Shown here: one piece after another, positions 19,167-27,608 of the stretch
How positions within the stretch are numbered: position 1 is the stretch's first letter
Layout of the letters: every line of letters begins with the position of its first letter
NCBI GenBank assembly: GCA_963664235.1
Contig: OY760933.1
Coordinates: 3,035,419 to 3,099,418, forward strand
From: Acidimicrobiales bacterium
Lineage (GTDB): Bacteria; Actinomycetota; Acidimicrobiia; Acidimicrobiales; CATQHL01
Length of the DNA: 64,000 bases
Reading direction: 5' to 3'
Notes under the pieces: generated by a model
Database searches by the model: none
Seen by the model: the letters and a program-made list of their open reading frames with translations, nothing else
What the model was told of the DNA's origin: nothing
Translations under genes and position numbers: made by a program

Positions 19167-20021
19167 ATGAGCCTTCCGCTGCTGCGGAGCCTGCCCCTGT
19201 TCGGCGCCGGCGAGGATCCGGGACCCAGCTTCACCGGCCTGCTGGCCGCGGCGGGGCAGCCCCCCGACAGTGGCCTTCCCGATGCCGGGAGTCACGGAGA
19301 TCTGTCCGCTGTGACCCATGGCACCACGGTTGTGGCGCTGCGCCACCGCGACGGCGTGGTGATGGCGGGGGACCGGCGGGCAACCGCGGGGAACTTCATC
19401 AGCCATCGCACGATCGAGAAGGTGTACCCCGCGGGCCGTCACGCCGGTGTCGCCATCGCCGGCGCTGCCGGGCCGTCGATGGAGATGGTGCGCCTGTTCC
19501 AACTGCAACTGGAGCACTACGAGAAGGTCGAGGGGCAGCCGCTCAGCCTGGATGGCCAGGCCAACCAGCTCAGCCAGATGGTCCGGGCGAACCTCACGTC
19601 GGCGCTGCGAGGCCTCGTCGTAATCCCGCTGTTCGCGGGCTGGGATCAGCGCCGCGTCCGTGGGCGCCTGTTCCAGTACGACGTGACCGGGGGTCGCTAC
19701 GAGGAGCAGGACTACGCCGCGGGCGGCTCGGGAAGCCTGCACGCCGGCACGGTCGTGAAGCTGGGGTTCCGGCCCGCCCTGGAGCCTTCCGAGGCCGTCG
19801 ACCTTGCCATCTCGGCCCTCTTCCAGGCGGCCGACGAGGACTCCGCGACCGGCGGGCCCGACCTCGTCCGGGGCATCTTCCCCGTGGTGGTCAACATCGA
19901 CGCCGACGGCTACCGCCGACTCGAGGACTCCCTCGTCGAGGAATGCTTCCGGACCCTGCTCGCTGCGCCGGACGGCGACGGCGGCAGGCCCACCGAACGG
20001 AGCGCCGGTGACGCACCCTGA
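19167..20021 (+). CDS. prcB: 20S proteasome beta subunit with propeptide
   Basis: The propeptide is followed by the catalytic Thr context HG/TTVVALRHRDGVVMAGDRRAT. Confidence 0.95.
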   Translation: MSLPLLRSLPLFGAGEDPGPSFTGLLAAAGQPPDSGLPDAGSHGDLSAVTHGTTVVALRHRDGVVMAGDRRATAGNFISHRTIEKVYPAGRHAGVAIAGAAGPSMEMVRLFQLQLEHYEKVEGQPLSLDGQANQLSQMVRANLTSALRGLVVIPLFAGWDQRRVRGRLFQYDVTGGRYEEQDYAAGGSGSLHAGTVVKLGFRPALEPSEAVDLAISALFQAADEDSATGGPDLVRGIFPVVVNIDADGYRRLEDSLVEECFRTLLAAPDGDGGRPTERSAGDAP

Positions 20022-20075
20022 GCGTGAGGCCCGCGCGCCGGGCCTCCAACGCAGCCGAAGAGGCTGGTAACGCCC

Positions 20076-20786
20076 ATGAACATGCCCTTCTACGTGGCGC
20101 CCGAGCAGATCATGAAGGACCGGGCGGACTATGCCCGCAAGGGGATCGCCCGGGGCAAGAGTCTCGTGTCCGTGACCTATCGCGATGGTGTCCTGCTGTG
20201 CGCGGAGAACGTCTCCAACACGCTGCGGAAGATCAGTGAGATCTACGACCGCATCGCATTCGCCGGCGTCGGCAAGTACAACGAGTTCGATCAACTCCGT
20301 ATCGCCGGTGTACGCCACGCCGACCTGAAGGGCTACGCCTACAGCCGCCAGGACGTGGATGCCCGCAGTCTCGCGAACCAGTACGCGCAGATACTGGGGC
20401 AGATCTTCACCCACGAGATGAAGCCCATGGAAGTGGAGATCCTCGTGGCGGAGATCGGCGACGATGCGGGCACCGAACAGCTCTTCCACATCCTCTACGA
20501 CGGCACGGTCAATGACGAGAGTCGCTGGTCGGTCCTCGGCGGTGAGACGGAGACCATCTCCGAGCGACTGGGCGGGATCCACGACCCCGACACCGACGCG
20601 GCGGCTGCGCTGAAGGCGGCAGTCTCCGCCCTCGCCGGGCCCGAGCGAACGCTCACCGGCGACGATCTCGAGGTCGCCGTGCTCGACCGCAGTCTCGGCC
20701 GGCGCTGCTTCCGCCGCCTGGAGACAGCCGAAGTGGACACGCTGCTTGGCGAGCCGCAGACCGCACCCGACGAGACCCCGGGCTAG
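20076..20786 (+). CDS. prcA: 20S proteasome alpha subunit
   Basis: [25 protein letters not shown] is the characteristic actinobacterial PrcA N-terminus. Confidence 0.95.
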   Translation: MNMPFYVAPEQIMKDRADYARKGIARGKSLVSVTYRDGVLLCAENVSNTLRKISEIYDRIAFAGVGKYNEFDQLRIAGVRHADLKGYAYSRQDVDARSLANQYAQILGQIFTHEMKPMEVEILVAEIGDDAGTEQLFHILYDGTVNDESRWSVLGGETETISERLGGIHDPDTDAAAALKAAVSALAGPERTLTGDDLEVAVLDRSLGRRCFRRLETAEVDTLLGEPQTAPDETPG

Positions 20787-20796
20787 GGGCCACACT

Positions 20797-22179
20797 TTGC
20801 AGCGACGCATCTACGGGATCGAGAACGAGTACGGCGTCACCTTCGCACTGGGCGGCCAGCGCCGCCTCAGCCCCGACGAGGTGGCGCGCTACCTGTTCCG
20901 CAGGGTGGTGTCGTGGGGACGAAGCAGCAACGTGTTCCTCGCCAACGGAGCCAGGCTGTACCTGGACGTCGGCTCACACCCCGAGTACGCCACCCCCGAG
21001 TGCGATTCCCTCTACGACCTGGTGGCGCACGACCGAGCGGGCGAACTGGTGCTGGACCAGCAGGTGGTCTACGCACAGGAGCGCCTCAACGCCGACGGCA
21101 TGCGCGGCGAGATCTACCTCTTCAAGAACAACACCGACTCGGCGGGCAACTCCTACGGCTGCCACGAGAACTACCTCACCACGCGCCGGGAGGAACTCGC
21201 CGAGTACAGCGAGGTTCTCATTCCGTTCCTGGTGACCCGGCAGATCTACGCCGGCGCCGGCAAGATCCTGCTGACGCCGCGGGGGGCCAAGTACTGCATC
21301 AGCCAGCGTGCCGAGCACATCTGGGAGGGAGTCTCCAGCGCCACCACCCGCTCGAGGCCGATCATCAACACGCGCGACGAACCCCACGCGAATGCCGAAC
21401 TGTTCCGTCGCCTGCACGTCATCGTGGGCGATTCCAACATGAGCGAGTACGCCACGTTCCTGAAGGTGGGGGCGTGCAGCATCCTGCTGCAGATGCTGGA
21501 GGAACCGTCGATCGTCCTGCGCGACATGACCCTCGAGAACCCCATACGGGCGATCCGGGAGGTCAGCCACGACGACTTCGAGAAGATCAGCGAGGGTTCC
21601 CGTTCCTGGCGGAGCGTGCGTCTTGCGAACGGCCGGCAGATGAGCGCCCTGGACATCCAGCGGGAGTACTTCGAGCGGGCGCAGGAGTTCTCCACCCGGT
21701 TCGACCTCGGCGTGGAGCAGAAACGCGCCCTGCAGATGTGGGGCCACTGCCTGGAACGCCTCGAGGCCGACCCCCTCAGCTTGGATCGGGAATGCGACTG
21801 GGTGATCAAGTACCGGCTGATCGACCGCTACCGGGAGCGGAACGGGCTTACCTGGGACGACCCCCGGCTGGCGCTGCTGGACCTGAAGTACCACGACGTG
21901 AGCCGCGAGCGTGGGCTGTTCTACAAGCTGCAGGAGCGGGACCTCGTCGAGTCGATCTGCCTGCAGGATGATGTCGTCGAGGCGATGCACCGACCACCCC
22001 AGACCACCCGGGCCCGCTTGCGCGGCGAGTTCGTGCGGCGCGCGAAGGAACGCAAGCGGGACTACACCGTCGATTGGGTACATCTCAAGCTGAACGACCA
22101 GGCACAGCGCACGGTGCTGTGCAAGGACCCGTTCAAGTCCCACGACGAGCGGGTCGAGAAGCTGATCGCATCGCTGTGA
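20797..22179 (+). CDS. pafA: Pup-protein ligase PafA
   Basis: Carries [11 protein letters not shown] and the Dop/PafA fold. TTG 20797 avoids the overlap with prcA that ATG 20746 would create. Confidence 0.9.
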   Translation: MQRRIYGIENEYGVTFALGGQRRLSPDEVARYLFRRVVSWGRSSNVFLANGARLYLDVGSHPEYATPECDSLYDLVAHDRAGELVLDQQVVYAQERLNADGMRGEIYLFKNNTDSAGNSYGCHENYLTTRREELAEYSEVLIPFLVTRQIYAGAGKILLTPRGAKYCISQRAEHIWEGVSSATTRSRPIINTRDEPHANAELFRRLHVIVGDSNMSEYATFLKVGACSILLQMLEEPSIVLRDMTLENPIRAIREVSHDDFEKISEGSRSWRSVRLANGRQMSALDIQREYFERAQEFSTRFDLGVEQKRALQMWGHCLERLEADPLSLDRECDWVIKYRLIDRYRERNGLTWDDPRLALLDLKYHDVSRERGLFYKLQERDLVESICLQDDVVEAMHRPPQTTRARLRGEFVRRAKERKRDYTVDWVHLKLNDQAQRTVLCKDPFKSHDERVEKLIASL

Positions 22180-22201
22180 ACGGCTGCGGGGAGCCCCTGC
22201 G

Positions 22202-24166
22202 GTGAGCACTCCGGCCAGCGACAAGCTGGAGCGCCTCCTGAATCTGACCGCAGCCCTGCTGGACACCGAACGGCTGCTGCCGGCCACCGAGATCGCCGCC
22301 AAGGTTGCGGGCTACGCCAGCGGCAAGGAGGCGTTCAGGCGCACATTCGAGCGAGACAAGAGCGAACTGCGCCAGATGGGGATCCCGTTGACGACCGGCG
22401 TCGTGCCGGCCAGCGATCCACCGGTGGAGGGCTACCGCATCCACCCCCGCGACTACTACCTCGACGACCCCGACCTCGCCCCCGATGAGCGTGCGGCCCT
22501 GCACCTGGCCGCCCGGACGGTGCGCTTGGAGGGCACGTCGATCGAGACCGCCTTCTGGGCTCTCGGTGGCCGGCCGCCGGACGGGGATCCGGCTCCCGAA
22601 CTTGCCGTGATCCCGTTCAACGAACATCTCGCCACCTGCTACCGGGCGATCAGCGAGCGCAGGCTGGTGACGTTCCGCCACCGCGGCGAATTGCGCTCTG
22701 TCGAACCGGTGCGCCTGCACTTCACCCGCGGGCACTGGTACCTCGGGGGCCAGGATCAGGACCGCGCCGCGTGGCGACACTTCCGCCTCGACCGCATCGC
22801 CGAACCGGCGCTCGGCAGCGCGGGCGGTTTCGTACCGGTACCCGAACCCGCCGGGAGCCTCGAGCGGCCTCCGTGGGAGATCGGCAGCGATGTCGGCATG
22901 GCCGAGATCGACGTGGACGCCGACGTTGCCGACTGGGCATTGGGCCAAGTCAGCCCCCACACGCGCCACGAGCGCCGCCCCGACGGGTCGCTGCGACTGC
23001 ACCTCTCTGTCGCCAATGCCGACGCCCTCGTGGACTTCGTCATCGGTCTGCTGGACCGCGCCGAGCTTGTCGGCCCACCCGAACTGCGGGAGAAGCTCCT
23101 TCAGAGGATCCGTGCCTGTGCATCCGCCGGATCCCTCGATTCGGCCTCGCCGTCCCCGAGCCTGCCCACCGCAGCGCGGGCGAATCTGCCCGCGACGGCT
23201 CCGCCCCCGGCGGCGACCGCCGACCAGCGCCCGCGCAGGCTGACCTCCTCCGAGCGCATGCACCGGCTCCTGCAACTCATCCCCTGGGTGGCGGAGCGGG
23301 GCGGGGCAACTCTCACCGAGATCATCGAGCGTTTCGACTATCCCGCCGGCGGGTTGCTCGACGATCTGCAGCAGGTGGTCTTCATGGTCGGTGTACCGCC
23401 CTACACACCCGACGCCCTGATCGAGGTGGAGGTGGCAGACGGCTGGGTCCAGATCAACTTCGCCGACTACTTCCGCCGGCCGCTGCGCCTCACGCCACCA
23501 CAAGCCGTGGCGCTGCTCGTCGCGGCGACCGGCCTGTTGGGGCTCACGGGCGACAGCGCGCTGGAACGCGGCCTCGCCAAGATCGCCCGAGCGCTCGGCG
23601 TGAACCCGGCCGAGGCACTCGATATCCGCCTCGGAGACGCGAGCTCCGAGGCGCTGCTGACCCTGCGGGAAGCGTGCCGGAGCCACCGCCCGGCCGCCAT
23701 CCGGTACTACAGCTACGACCGCGACGCCGTCACCGAACGGGTCATCGAGCCCTACCGCACCTTCGCCCACGAGGGTGCCTGGTATGTGCGGTCGTTCTGC
23801 CGGCTCAGCGGTCAGGAGCGCACCTTCCGCATCGATCGGGTGACCGAGGTGGACCTGCTCGCCGAGTCGTTCGACCCGCCTCCGGGACCGGTCCCGGCGA
23901 CAGTCTGGGATCCGCCGGCGGACGCTCCCTGGGTGGAGCTTGCTCTGGAGAGCTCCGCCCAGTGGATTCTCGACTACTACCCGGCGGGGCAGGTCCACTG
24001 GGAGGGGCGGACTTGCCGGGTGCGTCTCCCCGTCGGCGGGATCGCCTGGCTCGAGCGCCTCCTCCTTCGCCTCGGGCCCGCCGCTCGGGTCACCGCCGGC
24101 GCGGGTCTGCCACCCGAACCGGGTGTCGGAGCAGCTCGACGGATCCTCGCTCGTTACGGTGAATAA
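22202..24166 (+). CDS. pafBC: PafB-PafC fusion (two HTH-WYL regulator modules in one 654-aa ORF)
   Basis: Two tandem modules each start with a wHTH (KLERLLNLTAALLD..; SSERMHRLLQLIPWVAERGGATLTEI..) and are followed by WYL-type regions (HWYLGG, GAWYVRSF). It sits directly after pafA. Confidence 0.8.
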   Translation: MSTPASDKLERLLNLTAALLDTERLLPATEIAAKVAGYASGKEAFRRTFERDKSELRQMGIPLTTGVVPASDPPVEGYRIHPRDYYLDDPDLAPDERAALHLAARTVRLEGTSIETAFWALGGRPPDGDPAPELAVIPFNEHLATCYRAISERRLVTFRHRGELRSVEPVRLHFTRGHWYLGGQDQDRAAWRHFRLDRIAEPALGSAGGFVPVPEPAGSLERPPWEIGSDVGMAEIDVDADVADWALGQVSPHTRHERRPDGSLRLHLSVANADALVDFVIGLLDRAELVGPPELREKLLQRIRACASAGSLDSASPSPSLPTAARANLPATAPPPAATADQRPRRLTSSERMHRLLQLIPWVAERGGATLTEIIERFDYPAGGLLDDLQQVVFMVGVPPYTPDALIEVEVADGWVQINFADYFRRPLRLTPPQAVALLVAATGLLGLTGDSALERGLAKIARALGVNPAEALDIRLGDASSEALLTLREACRSHRPAAIRYYSYDRDAVTERVIEPYRTFAHEGAWYVRSFCRLSGQERTFRIDRVTEVDLLAESFDPPPGPVPATVWDPPADAPWVELALESSAQWILDYYPAGQVHWEGRTCRVRLPVGGIAWLERLLLRLGPAARVTAGAGLPPEPGVGAARRILARYGE

Positions 24167-24206
24167 CCGTAAGACAGATGGTCCAGTCGGTTACGGTGAA
24201 CCCGCG

Positions 24207-25589
24207 ATGACCCAAGAACCGCCAGGGAAGTCCCCACCCATGCCGGACCCGTCCGATCCGGCATGGGTGGACCACATCCTGGATCAACTCACCAGCCGGC
24301 CGATGCCTGCAGGACCGGAGGTGGCAGGCAGTCCGCCCACCGAGGATGAGGGTGCCGACGCCGTCCCGGAGCCTCCCGGGTCCGGCGCCGCACACCTCGA
24401 ACCGCCACCCGCTGAGGAGCCATCGCCACCGCCACAACCACCGCCGCATCCGGCGCCCCCGCCTTCCAGGCCGGCTGCGCCCGAGGAGGCTCCGGCAGCG
24501 GCTGATCCCCGACTCTTCGACGAGCTGCTGTCGCAGGATCCGGAGGGCACAACCGCCCCGCCGGATGATCCCGGACTGCCGCCGGGCGAGCCCGCACCAG
24601 TCCCTGTCGAGACCGCGCCCCCAGCGCCACCTCCGGAGCCACCCGCGCCCCCAGCGCCACCTCCGGAGCCACCCGCGCCCCCGGCGCCACCGCCGGAGCC
24701 ACCCACGCCCCCGGCTCCGCCTGCCGCGGCGCCTCCACGCGAGGCACCCGTCCCGCCCGCGCCCCGGCCACCGGTTGCCGATCCGGGCTTCAGACCACGA
24801 CCACAGGCTCCGCGCCCCCCGCAGGTGCCTCCTCCGATCCCACCTCCTCCGCGCCAGCGCGCACCCCGGCCCGCCCCCGTTCCGGCGTCGCGCCATGCCG
24901 ACCCCTTGCTTGCAGGGGCGCCGCCGAGTCGCGCGCCGGCACCGCCGGTCCCGCGCCGGCCCCGCTCGGCCCCGCGCGACTCCGAACCGCCGGGCGCCCC
25001 CTACGACGACGATTACCTGGCCGACTTCGACGAGGACCTCCAGGAGACGCACAGCAGGTGGCGCACCGCTGTCGGTTGGGGCCTCACCGTGGCAATCGCC
25101 ATCGTTCTGTCGCTGGTCATCCGCTCGTTCGTCGCCCACGCGTTCCACGTGGAGTCGGGATCGATGGAGCCGACCCTGTCGCCCAGCGACCGGATACTCG
25201 TCAACAAGCTCTCCAGCAACCCGTCACGTGGCGACCTCGTGGTCTTCAGCAGGCCGGACGGCGACCTCGTCAAGCGGGTCATCGCTCTCGAAGGTGAGAC
25301 GGTCATCTTCGAGGACGGTCTCCTGAAGATCGGAGAGAGTTGGGTCCGCGAGCCCTACCTCTCTGCAGGAACCGGCACTTACGTGCGTTCGGCCATACCC
25401 AACTGCGATCCGACCGAGGGCTTCGCCGGCAACGAGGCCTGCACCGTGCCGGAGGGACACGTCTTCGTGCTGGGAGACAACCGCGGAGTCTCCTTCGACA
25501 GCCGCAATTTCGGGCCTGTCCCCCGGGAGAACCTCATCGGCAACGCGGCCTTCCAGTTCTGGCCGCTGGGCGACCTTCGCGGCTTCTGA
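24207..25589 (+). CDS. lepB: signal peptidase I with about 300-aa proline-rich N-terminal extension
   Basis: The C-terminal 160 aa carries SGSMEPTL, RGDLVVF, KRVIALEGE and GDNRGVSFDSR, after a TM segment (WGLTVAIAIVLSLVI). ATG 24207 was chosen inside ORF 23940..25589. Confidence 0.8.
   Translation: MTQEPPGKSPPMPDPSDPAWVDHILDQLTSRPMPAGPEVAGSPPTEDEGADAVPEPPGSGAAHLEPPPAEEPSPPPQPPPHPAPPPSRPAAPEEAPAAADPRLFDELLSQDPEGTTAPPDDPGLPPGEPAPVPVETAPPAPPPEPPAPPAPPPEPPAPPAPPPEPPTPPAPPAAAPPREAPVPPAPRPPVADPGFRPRPQAPRPPQVPPPIPPPPRQRAPRPAPVPASRHADPLLAGAPPSRAPAPPVPRRPRSAPRDSEPPGAPYDDDYLADFDEDLQETHSRWRTAVGWGLTVAIAIVLSLVIRSFVAHAFHVESGSMEPTLSPSDRILVNKLSSNPSRGDLVVFSRPDGDLVKRVIALEGETVIFEDGLLKIGESWVREPYLSAGTGTYVRSAIPNCDPTEGFAGNEACTVPEGHVFVLGDNRGVSFDSRNFGPVPRENLIGNAAFQFWPLGDLRGF
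24615..24704 (+). repeat. 3 x 30-bp tandem repeat inside lepB (encodes APPAPPPEPP x3)
   Basis: The unit gcgcccccagcgccacctccggagccaccc is repeated three times. The first two copies are identical and the third has 4 substitutions. Confidence 0.85.
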
Positions 25590-25603
25590 CCGGCACCGCG
25601 CGC

Positions 25604-26308
25604 CTAGGCGTAGTAGGCGGCGATGGCACCCATCATCCTGTCCACGTGGTCGCTGTAGACGGCGTCCAGCCCGGCGTCGAGTAGCTCGCGCAGGATGCGG
25701 TCGTGCTGAGCACCCCAGCCGAAGGCCAGCACCCCGAAGCGGTGAAACAGCACTGCGGTCCCACCCGTCCAGTCGACATGGGGCATATTGACCGCGTCGA
25801 TCCGCTTGCGCGACATGCGCTCCGCCAGGCGCTCTGGGCCGTGCTCCATGAGCCGGCGCCTCGTTGAGAGCACCAGCCGGACCTCACTCCAGCGTTCCCG
25901 CCATTCCTCGAGCAGCCGCAGCGAGCCCGAACAGAGCCACAGCCGGCCGGGAGCCTCGGCGCCGGCGCGCCGGGCTGCCGCCACGACGCCCGGAGCCGCA
26001 TCGGGATCCTTGATGTCCACGGAAAATTCGAACCCGGTGCCGCAGGATTCGTAGAGGCTCTCCGGCGAGAGCACCGCGGCGGGCATGTCAACCCGCTGCG
26101 CCGCACGTACCTTGCGGGTCCCCAGGCGGGGGAGGGGCGGGCGAAAGCGACCGTCGTGGTGCAATACCACCTCACCGTCAGCGGTGATGCGAGCATCACT
26201 CTCGAGCCCGGTGGCTCCCATCGCCAGCGCGCTCTCGAAGGCGGCGAGCGAGTTCTGCGGGGCGTGCGCCATGCCGCCCCGGTGGGCGAAACCGATGGGG
26301 CGCGACAT
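25604..26308 (-). CDS. glycerophosphodiester phosphodiesterase family protein
   Basis: Carries IGFAHRGG...APQNSLAAFESA...G...LESDARITADGEVVLHHD. ATG 26308 is preferred over 26353. Confidence 0.8.
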   Translation of the reverse strand: MSRPIGFAHRGGMAHAPQNSLAAFESALAMGATGLESDARITADGEVVLHHDGRFRPPLPRLGTRKVRAAQRVDMPAAVLSPESLYESCGTGFEFSVDIKDPDAAPGVVAAARRAGAEAPGRLWLCSGSLRLLEEWRERWSEVRLVLSTRRRLMEHGPERLAERMSRKRIDAVNMPHVDWTGGTAVLFHRFGVLAFGWGAQHDRILRELLDAGLDAVYSDHVDRMMGAIAAYYA

Positions 26309-26385
26309 CAGGGCGGGGAGTCGCGGACCCATGCCACAGTTTGCCCTCGACAAGGCCGATCGCGGCCCACAGATAGGCTGACCGG

Positions 26386-26775
26386 GTGCTGAACATCGGA
26401 CCGGGTGAGGTGCTGGTGATCCTCGTCATCGCCCTCGTCGTGCTCGGTCCGACCAGGTTGCCGGCGACGGCGCGCACGCTGGGCCGGTTCCTGGCCAAGA
26501 CCCGCGACGTGGTCAACCGCTTCCAGCAGGAGATGCAGGCGGCAGCGGACGCCCCGCTGGAGGCGATCGCCCGCGAGCGGGGACGCCTCTCCGAGCCGCT
26601 CACCGCCCCCGCCGCGACCGGCGCTCCGCCTACCGACCGGGCGCCACCCACCGACGGTCCGTCCCCACCTGCCGCCGAAGAGTCCCCCGAGGCCGCAGAA
26701 CCCACCACCGAGCACACCAGCAACCCCGCCGGCGCCGAACCGGATCCCGAGCCCGAACAACCCGACGCCAAATGA
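26386..26775 (+). CDS. twin-arginine translocase TatA/TatB family protein (TatB-like)
   Basis: N-terminal IGPGEVLVILVIALVVLGPTRLP followed by an amphipathic helix and a Pro/Ala/Glu-rich tail. Confidence 0.8.
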   Translation: MLNIGPGEVLVILVIALVVLGPTRLPATARTLGRFLAKTRDVVNRFQQEMQAAADAPLEAIARERGRLSEPLTAPAATGAPPTDRAPPTDGPSPPAAEESPEAAEPTTEHTSNPAGAEPDPEPEQPDAK

Positions 26776-27608
26776 GCGACCCCTCGCTGACCCCGGAACC
26801 ACCCGGCGGACGCATGACCCTCGTCGAGCACCTCAGCGAGCTGCGCCGGCGCCTCATCATCTCCATGATCGCTATCGCCTGCGGCTTCGTGGTTTGTTGG
26901 GTGTTCTACCCCCAGATCCTGGACTTCCTGGTGGCCCCCTACTGCGAGGTGGTCCCGCCTGACGCCGAAGGCCTCGACACACCCGGCAGCTGCCGCCTGC
27001 TGGTGCTCGACCCGCTCGAGCCGTTCTCCGTGCGGGTGAGCCTCGCCGGCTACGGCGGGATGGCACTGGCGATGCCCGTGCTGCTGTGGCAGGCGTGGCG
27101 CTTCATCACCCCGGGGCTGTACGCCCGCGAGCGCCGGCACTCGGCCGCCTTCGTGTTGTTGGCCACCCTGCTGTTCGCCGGCGGTGTGGCTCTGGCCTTC
27201 TGGACCATCCCGCGTGCTCTCGGGTTCCTGGCCGAGATCGGCGGTGACGACCTCGTCAGCTTCTTCTCGCCGCGCCGCTACCTCTCGTTCGTCGTGAAGA
27301 TGGCGCTTGCCTTCGGGCTGGCGTTCGAGTTCCCGATCGTCCTGATGTTCGGCCAGATCACCGGCATCATCCCGACCCGGACCCTGCAGCGGATCCGCCC
27401 GTGGGCGATCGTGGGGATCGTCGTCGTCGCAGCCGTGATCACTCCCACCGGTGATCCGTTCACCCTGCTCATCCTCTCGGGTCCCATGTACGCGTTCTAC
27501 GAGCTGTCGATCCTCTTCGGCGTGCTCAGGCAGAGGCGGCGGGATCGTGAGGAGGAGGCGGAAGTCGCGCCGGTCCCGGTCGAGGCTTCCCCGGGAGACT
27601 CGTCGTGA
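26772..27608 (+). CDS. tatC: twin-arginine translocase subunit TatC
   Basis: Starts MTLVEHLSELRRRLI, has six TM helices, and overlaps the tatA/B stop by 4 nt. Confidence 0.9.
   Translation: MSDPSLTPEPPGGRMTLVEHLSELRRRLIISMIAIACGFVVCWVFYPQILDFLVAPYCEVVPPDAEGLDTPGSCRLLVLDPLEPFSVRVSLAGYGGMALAMPVLLWQAWRFITPGLYARERRHSAAFVLLATLLFAGGVALAFWTIPRALGFLAEIGGDDLVSFFSPRRYLSFVVKMALAFGLAFEFPIVLMFGQITGIIPTRTLQRIRPWAIVGIVVVAAVITPTGDPFTLLILSGPMYAFYELSILFGVLRQRRRDREEEAEVAPVPVEASPGDSS

Noticed and set aside
22771-24162. 463-aa alternative-frame ORF inside pafBC
   Set aside because: It is on the same strand but out of frame with the HTH-WYL reading frame, and it is Arg/Pro-rich.
24284-24771. Repetitive Gly/Ala-rich ORFs and possible CRISPR-like periodicity
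   Set aside because: The 30-bp repeats are contiguous with no spacers and lie in frame within the proline-rich part of lepB. The minus-strand ORFs are their antisense images.
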